64,000 nucleotides of DNA from NCBI GenBank assembly GCA_003818285.1, contig RPRB01000006.1, forward strand, positions 2,504-66,503. The letters run 5' to 3'. The notes under the pieces were generated by a model. That model saw only the letters and a program-made list of their open reading frames with translations, was not told where the DNA came from and ran no database searches. Positions within the stretch are counted from its first letter, which is position 1. Each line of letters opens with the position of its first letter. Origin of the DNA: Myxococcaceae bacterium. Its GTDB lineage: Bacteria > Myxococcota > Myxococcia > Myxococcales > Myxococcaceae. Both the position numbers and the translations under genes were made by a program. Shown here piece after piece: positions 59,460 to 64,000 of the stretch.

Positions 59460-59518
59460 ATCGGGCAGGGTGCCCTAGTGGGGACGCAACGTGGTGGAGA
59501 GTGATGTTCCCACCCCGC

Positions 59519-60619
59519 CTATCCGCGCGCCCGGAGCTGCTTCTTCCGGGGCGTGGAGTTCTTTGTGGCCTCAGCCTCGAGCGCCACCCTGACCATCAGC
59601 ATGTCCGACGGGTCGCCGGTCGTGCTGTATGCCTCGACGTCCACGCCAGCCTCGGTTGCTGCGGCGCGGATGCCCTTCATGTCGTAGTTCCGCCGGCCCT
59701 TCACGGCCGACCAGGTCACCACGCCGGGGATGCGGCGGATGCCCTTGTCCTTCAGCCTGTCCTTGATGAGCTGCTTCTGGGTGTTCAGGGCGATCTCGGC
59801 CTTGTCTTTCAGGCCGTCCAGGCGCTCGTGCTCCCGGCACAGGTCGGTGATCTCAGCGGTGAACTGGGGGTCGGCTGCCGCCTCAGACTCCGGGACGGAG
59901 TGGCGGACGATGCCGCAGGCCTGGGTGAACGGGCAGTACTCGCACTCCTTGCCGCCGGCGATCCACCCCTCCGGGGGCAGCTCGTCGGGGCGGGTTGCGG
60001 TCTTGATCCGGACGGCGCGCTTGTGGCCTGCGTCGTAGACCTTCGGGTCGAACTTGATCGCGAACTCGTGGACTTCGTCCAGGAAGGAGGCGTCCATGTA
60101 GGACAGGATCGCGTACTCCGGCTTGTAGACGGTCAGCTCCCGGACCAGGCCGAGCTGCATCTGCGTCTGGAACTCGTTCTCCTCCTTGGCCCTCGACATG
60201 TTCACGCGGGGGTCCACCGACTTGCACTCGACCAGGACGCACTGCCCCGCGCCGATGTCAGCGATCCCGAAGTCCTTCAGGAGCAGGTCCCGAGGCTGGT
60301 CGATCAGCAGCCCGTCTGGGGTCGCCGACGCGTATCGGTCGTTGAAGGTCTTCTGGTCCTTCCCGGCCCACAGGAGCTTCTTGCCGTACTTCCTGCGCAT
60401 GGCGGGGACGTAGAAGTGCTGCTCGAGCAGCTTGCCCCTGGCCCTGGCGCCCCATCGGTCGCCGTGCCCCTCGTCCACTCGCCCCTCGGTCTTCACCCAG
60501 TACATCCTGCGGGAGCAGAGCCCGATCTCCGACGCGCCGATCGTGCGCTGCCGGTCCATCACGAACGTCGTCTCCATCGTTGGTGACAGCGCGTAGGCTT
60601 CCAGGGCTTCTCTAATCAT
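59519..60619 (-). CDS. PD-(D/E)XK nuclease, Cas4/RecB-like with Cys cluster
   Basis: TPDGLL ... VLVECKS (D ... ExK) and a Cys pattern C(35) ... CEYCPFTQAC typical of Cas4/AddB-type Fe-S nucleases. Confidence 0.75.
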   Translation of the reverse strand: MIREALEAYALSPTMETTFVMDRQRTIGASEIGLCSRRMYWVKTEGRVDEGHGDRWGARARGKLLEQHFYVPAMRRKYGKKLLWAGKDQKTFNDRYASATPDGLLIDQPRDLLLKDFGIADIGAGQCVLVECKSVDPRVNMSRAKEENEFQTQMQLGLVRELTVYKPEYAILSYMDASFLDEVHEFAIKFDPKVYDAGHKRAVRIKTATRPDELPPEGWIAGGKECEYCPFTQACGIVRHSVPESEAAADPQFTAEITDLCREHERLDGLKDKAEIALNTQKQLIKDRLKDKGIRRIPGVVTWSAVKGRRNYDMKGIRAAATEAGVDVEAYSTTGDPSDMLMVRVALEAEATKNSTPRKKQLRARG

Positions 60620-60863
60620 GTGGGATCTTGCTCACGTCGATGGTGGCGTCGTAGTCCCGCAGGGCATCGTCAGCGAACAGGAGCGCGTTCGCCCGCATCT
60701 GGGCGATCCGTTCGCGATTGCGGAGGATGACGACAGCGTTCATTGCGCCCGGGATCTGAAGCTGGGCGGACACCGCCGCCACGTACGCGTCGCCCCAGAA
60801 CTTGGCTCGAAGCTCGTGAACTTTTTCTTTTTTGACAAAGATGTCAGGCCTGGGAATTGTCAT
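60612..60863 (-). CDS. hypothetical protein (83 aa)
   Basis: ORF MTIPRPDIFVKKEKVHELRAKFW... Confidence 0.45.
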   Translation of the reverse strand: MTIPRPDIFVKKEKVHELRAKFWGDAYVAAVSAQLQIPGAMNAVVILRNRERIAQMRANALLFADDALRDYDATIDVSKIPHD

Positions 60864-60973
60864 TCGGCATCTTCCTTCGGGTTATCTGAAGCCCCGCCGT
60901 CCGCGCTGGCACCGCACGCGGATGGTCTGAGGCGAAACGGGGCCGACTGCGTGACCAGCCGACCCCATCCCGC

Positions 60974-61255
60974 TTACGCTGCGATCTGCAGCGGCACGCA
61001 ATCCGAGGACAGCGGCATGCCAGGTCTCGGTCTGCACCGAAACTGGATGATCGTGCCCGTCGGGGTGGCCTGCACGGACTGGATCATATCCTTCCGGTCC
61101 ATGATCGACTGCGCCCTGGCCATGATCGCCAGCCGCTCATCGCGCTGCTTCTGCTTCAGCGTGCGTCGCTCCACGCTGCCGAAAAGGTTGCCCAGGAAGT
61201 CGTCCATGGACTCTTCGCGGCGTGGCGTGGGAACGAACTCTACTCGTCCGCACAT
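60974..61255 (-). CDS. hypothetical protein (93 aa)
   Basis: ORF MCGRVEFVPTPRREESMDDFLG... with an AAGGAGG Shine-Dalgarno. Confidence 0.5.
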   Translation of the reverse strand: MCGRVEFVPTPRREESMDDFLGNLFGSVERRTLKQKQRDERLAIMARAQSIMDRKDMIQSVQATPTGTIIQFRCRPRPGMPLSSDCVPLQIAA

Positions 61256-61353
61256 CGAAGCCTCCTTGTCTACGCACAGGGGTCAACTGGGGAAGGTGCG
61301 TGCGCTTCCAGCCTGCCCGACGGGGACCATACCACTTCGGCCCAGCGAGGCCA

Positions 61354-61926
61354 CTAGGAATTTGAGGGTTGTCCCCCAGCAGTGTGAATGCGAAACAAGC
61401 GGAGCTGACTGGACGACTCCAGCATCAGGGGATGGCGGGGATGCCCGTCCTTCGTCAGACCAAGGCAATGCACCGGAATGCCCTGTCGGTCAAGCATCGA
61501 GAACACATGCGTATTCCTGGCGTTGAACTTCTCCCGGTCGGGGCAGGCTTGTGGGAACCTCTTCAGTTGCCCCCAGGCTGCCACTACGATGCCGCCCTTT
61601 GCCCGGACGTCCTTGGACTCGTCGCGGATGAAGCCGTCGTTCAGAGGTCCGATCGGGTCCTTGGCCCTCATCATCTCCGCAGGCTCGGTCGCCCGCCAGG
61701 CGAAGAGGTTCACCACCCGGACGGAGCCGAACCCGAGGCTGGCCCCGAAGCCAACGCACCGGCGGATGGTGGGGTCGTCGGCCTCGGCGTCCGCGGTGGA
61801 CGGGTTCAGCATGATGAAGAGCAGGGGCTCGCGCTCGGTGTTCCAGGTCCTCCAGAGGGCGTAGCGGTACTCCTGCCTCTTGCCGCTCAGGACCGCCCCG
61901 GCGACGGCGGAGGGCTTGGCCCTCAC
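61354..61926 (-). CDS. DUF1643-like protein (190 aa, GTG start)
   Basis: YRYALWRTW ... LLFIMLNPSTADAEADDPTIRRC ... VVNLFAWRAT ... VAAWG ... CLGLTKDGHPRHPL matches the DUF1643 pattern I recall. GTGA coupling with the upstream stop. Confidence 0.65.
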   Translation of the reverse strand: MRAKPSAVAGAVLSGKRQEYRYALWRTWNTEREPLLFIMLNPSTADAEADDPTIRRCVGFGASLGFGSVRVVNLFAWRATEPAEMMRAKDPIGPLNDGFIRDESKDVRAKGGIVVAAWGQLKRFPQACPDREKFNARNTHVFSMLDRQGIPVHCLGLTKDGHPRHPLMLESSSQLRLFRIHTAGGQPSNS

Positions 61927-62174
61927 GTCAGGATCTCCTTCTTCTGCGGCAGCGGGCGCTCCCCTCGGGTGAAGTGGACGAACCAGGCCTTCATCCCGAC
62001 GGAGTGGAAGCGGTTTTCGAGCTGGTTCAGCAGGCCGAGGCACTCCTCCAGGTCCTCCTTCTCCATCGCCTCGAGCATGTCCAGGGATGCCACGGGGGTG
62101 TTCTTGCCGATGGGCCGGGTCTCGAGCTCCGCCCGACGGAGCATGACCAGGAACTGCTTTGGCGGGATCTTCAT
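61923..62174 (-). CDS. hypothetical protein (83 aa)
   Basis: Internal ATG with a GAGGA Shine-Dalgarno and an ATGA overlap with the polymerase stop. Confidence 0.45.
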   Translation of the reverse strand: MKIPPKQFLVMLRRAELETRPIGKNTPVASLDMLEAMEKEDLEECLGLLNQLENRFHSVGMKAWFVHFTRGERPLPQKKEILT

Positions 62175-64000
62175 GTTGTCCTCTTTCTTGGTGGCTTGTC
62201 GCGGAAGCCTCCGCCCCTGCCAGCGGAGCGGACGATGTTGAACTCGGGGTTGTCGTGCTCGCACTGGCCCCAGCTTGCGCCGATCCCGGCGTCCACCCGC
62301 AGGGGGACCAGCAGGTCGACGCAGTTTTCCATGAGGCGGTCTATGTGGGTGAGAGCCTCTCTCGCCTCATTTGTGTTCGGGCAGCTCCCCGTCAGCTCGT
62401 CGTGGACGGTCATCAGGGGGATGCCGGCGGCCGCAGCCGCGCCCGACTCCCAGACGTCCACCATCGCCATCTTCATGATGTCAGCCGCCGAGCCTTGGGT
62501 CCGGGCGTTCAGGGCTTTGTGGCAGAAGGCGCGCTTCGCCCCTGGAACCTTGTGGCGGAGGATGGTCGTGGTTCGCTCCCCGGCCTTCCACTTGTTCAGA
62601 GCCCACGCGTTGAAGCGCCTCTTCCTGCCGAGGAGGGTGATGATCTCCCCGGTCCGCTCGGCCAGGTTCATCAGGCGGTGGATCAGGGGGCGCATGAAGG
62701 GCGCACCCCGGTGGTACGCGTCGAGCAGCTTCTCGCCGGCCTGCCGGGACAGGTTGAGCTGAGCGCAGAGCTTCTCCACGCCCTCGCCGTACGCGATGCC
62801 GAAGTTCACGGTCTTGGCCGGTCCCCTCTCCAGCCCTGTCATCTCGGCCAGCTTTGCGTGGAAGTCCGTGTTGGGGTCGCTGCGGTAGGCCTCGACGACC
62901 TCCATCGCCCCCTTCAGCCCCATGTCCGCCGCGTCGTGCGCCAGGAGCCGGTACTCGATCTGGGAGTAGTCCTTCTTCCAGAAGATGTGGCTCTCATCGT
63001 CCCGGATGAACATGGCGCGGATCAGCTTTCCGTCGTCGGTCCTGACCGGGATGAACTGCAGGTTGGGTCCCGACGAGCTGAAGCGCCCGGAGACCGCCCC
63101 TCCGCCGTCCGACTTGAGCTGGTTGAAGTTGCAGTGGATGCGTCCGTTGATGTGGCCGTCGAGGATGCAGCCCCGCAGGAAGGTCCCCCGGAACTTGTCG
63201 AGCCGTCGGACCTCGATGATGTTCCTGGCCATCTGGTGGTCGCAGGTCTCCAGGAAGTCCTTGCGGAAGGACGGCTTGTCGGTCTTGGGGGTCCGGGGGT
63301 AGGGGATGCCAGCCTCGTCGAAGGCGGGGGCGATCGAGTCCGCAGCCCAGACCTCGATCTCCATTCCGGCGTCGCGGTTCAGCTTCTTGTGGAGCTTCGC
63401 CTGGTCCTTGGTCATCTTGTCGTAGAGCTGCTCCGCCCGGTCCAGGTCCACCCGGACGCCCCTCTTCTTCATCGCCTTCAGCATCGGGATCAGGCGGCTC
63501 TCGAGCAGGAACAGGTCCCACAGCCCCTCCGCCTCGAGCCTCGGCTTCTGCTTCTGGAAGATCTTGATCGGGTGGTTGACGTCGCCGATCGCGTACTTCG
63601 CCACGACCGACGAGGGGGCGCGCCAGATGTTGGCCTTGGGGTTCTTCCGGCCGAAGTTCTTGACCAGGAACTCGTCCAGCTCGTCGTCCAGCTTTCCGAT
63701 CCCCAGGTAGTCCTTCGACAGCGCCTCGAGCCCGTAGCTGAACCTGTCCTCGTCGAGCAGAGGCTCGGCGTTCTGGATGTCGTAGGGCACGCCGCCGATG
63801 TCGGTCACCCCCTCCTTGTCCAGGAAGCCGTAGTCGTAGAGCAGGTTGGCTCCGATCTTGGGGGTGCTGGTCCTGAGCTCCTGCCTGAGCCAGCCGAAGA
63901 CCTTCGCCCTGTCCAGGTTGTCCGGGTCGTTCTCGTGGGCGACCGGGTAGTAGCGTCGGAACCCCGCCTCCGTCCCGACGGCGACGCCGGCCACGAAGGT
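62171..64000 (-). CDS. family A DNA polymerase (Pol I-like), N-terminus off window
   Basis: Motif A DYSQIEYRLLAH, motif B PAKTVNFGIAYGEG and motif C TVHDEL. Upstream exonuclease-like region. The frame stays open to the window edge. Confidence 0.9.
   Translation of the reverse strand, partial: TFVAGVAVGTEAGFRRYYPVAHENDPDNLDRAKVFGWLRQELRTSTPKIGANLLYDYGFLDKEGVTDIGGVPYDIQNAEPLLDEDRFSYGLEALSKDYLGIGKLDDELDEFLVKNFGRKNPKANIWRAPSSVVAKYAIGDVNHPIKIFQKQKPRLEAEGLWDLFLLESRLIPMLKAMKKRGVRVDLDRAEQLYDKMTKDQAKLHKKLNRDAGMEIEVWAADSIAPAFDEAGIPYPRTPKTDKPSFRKDFLETCDHQMARNIIEVRRLDKFRGTFLRGCILDGHINGRIHCNFNQLKSDGGGAVSGRFSSSGPNLQFIPVRTDDGKLIRAMFIRDDESHIFWKKDYSQIEYRLLAHDAADMGLKGAMEVVEAYRSDPNTDFHAKLAEMTGLERGPAKTVNFGIAYGEGVEKLCAQLNLSRQAGEKLLDAYHRGAPFMRPLIHRLMNLAERTGEIITLLGRKRRFNAWALNKWKAGERTTTILRHKVPGAKRAFCHKALNARTQGSAADIMKMAMVDVWESGAAAAAGIPLMTVHDELTGSCPNTNEAREALTHIDRLMENCVDLLVPLRVDAGIGASWGQCEHDNPEFNIVRSAGRGGGFRDKPPRKRTT

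Overview
The window is a contiguous piece of a high-GC tailed dsDNA phage genome (about 60-65% G+C by eye, not computed). It has siphovirus-like structural genes and no clearly cellular genes. I count about 85 protein genes. All but six are on the minus strand, and they are tightly packed with many ATGA/GTGA/TGATG coupled junctions. Reading the minus strand from 64000 downwards: (1) a replication module with a family A DNA polymerase, a DUF1643-like protein, a Cas4-like PD-(D/E)XK nuclease and a prim-pol/SF3 helicase; (2) a ~1.5 kb lower-GC repeat hub with 14 units of a strictly 62-bp-phased repeat in three blocks, a GT-rich repeat segment and a small secreted Cys-rich protein gene; (3) a GcrA-like regulator; (4) the large terminase; (5) a portal carrying a C-terminal 2H-phosphoesterase-like domain; (6) a collagen-like fibre and a beta-helix protein; (7) a Mu-F-like head morphogenesis protein; (8) a six-gene ATP-grasp / methyltransferase / 3x glycosyltransferase cassette; (9) a DUF2213-type scaffold-protease, a cement-like protein and a DUF2184-type major capsid protein; (10) connector and neck genes; (11) tail tube, a -1 frameshift chaperone pair, tape measure, distal tail proteins and large repeat-rich receptor-binding candidates; (12) a small plus-strand island with a VRR-NUC nuclease, a Tat-signal poly-Arg protein and an XRE regulator; (13) a nucleotide-modification operon with a UDG-like protein, an AsnB-like amidotransferase, a C5-MTase-like protein, a ThyA/dCMP-hydroxymethylase-like protein with Asp at the base-specificity position, a MazG-like protein and a dCMP deaminase; (14) an early region of small genes, each behind a conserved promoter-like cassette, including an amidoligase and two gamma-glutamylcyclotransferase-fold enzymes. 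The GcrA-like and XRE motifs suggest an alphaproteobacterial host (inference). I could not recognise any tRNA, rRNA, CRISPR array, integrase, small terminase or endolysin. All function calls come from motif recognition by eye on the supplied translations, not from database searches.
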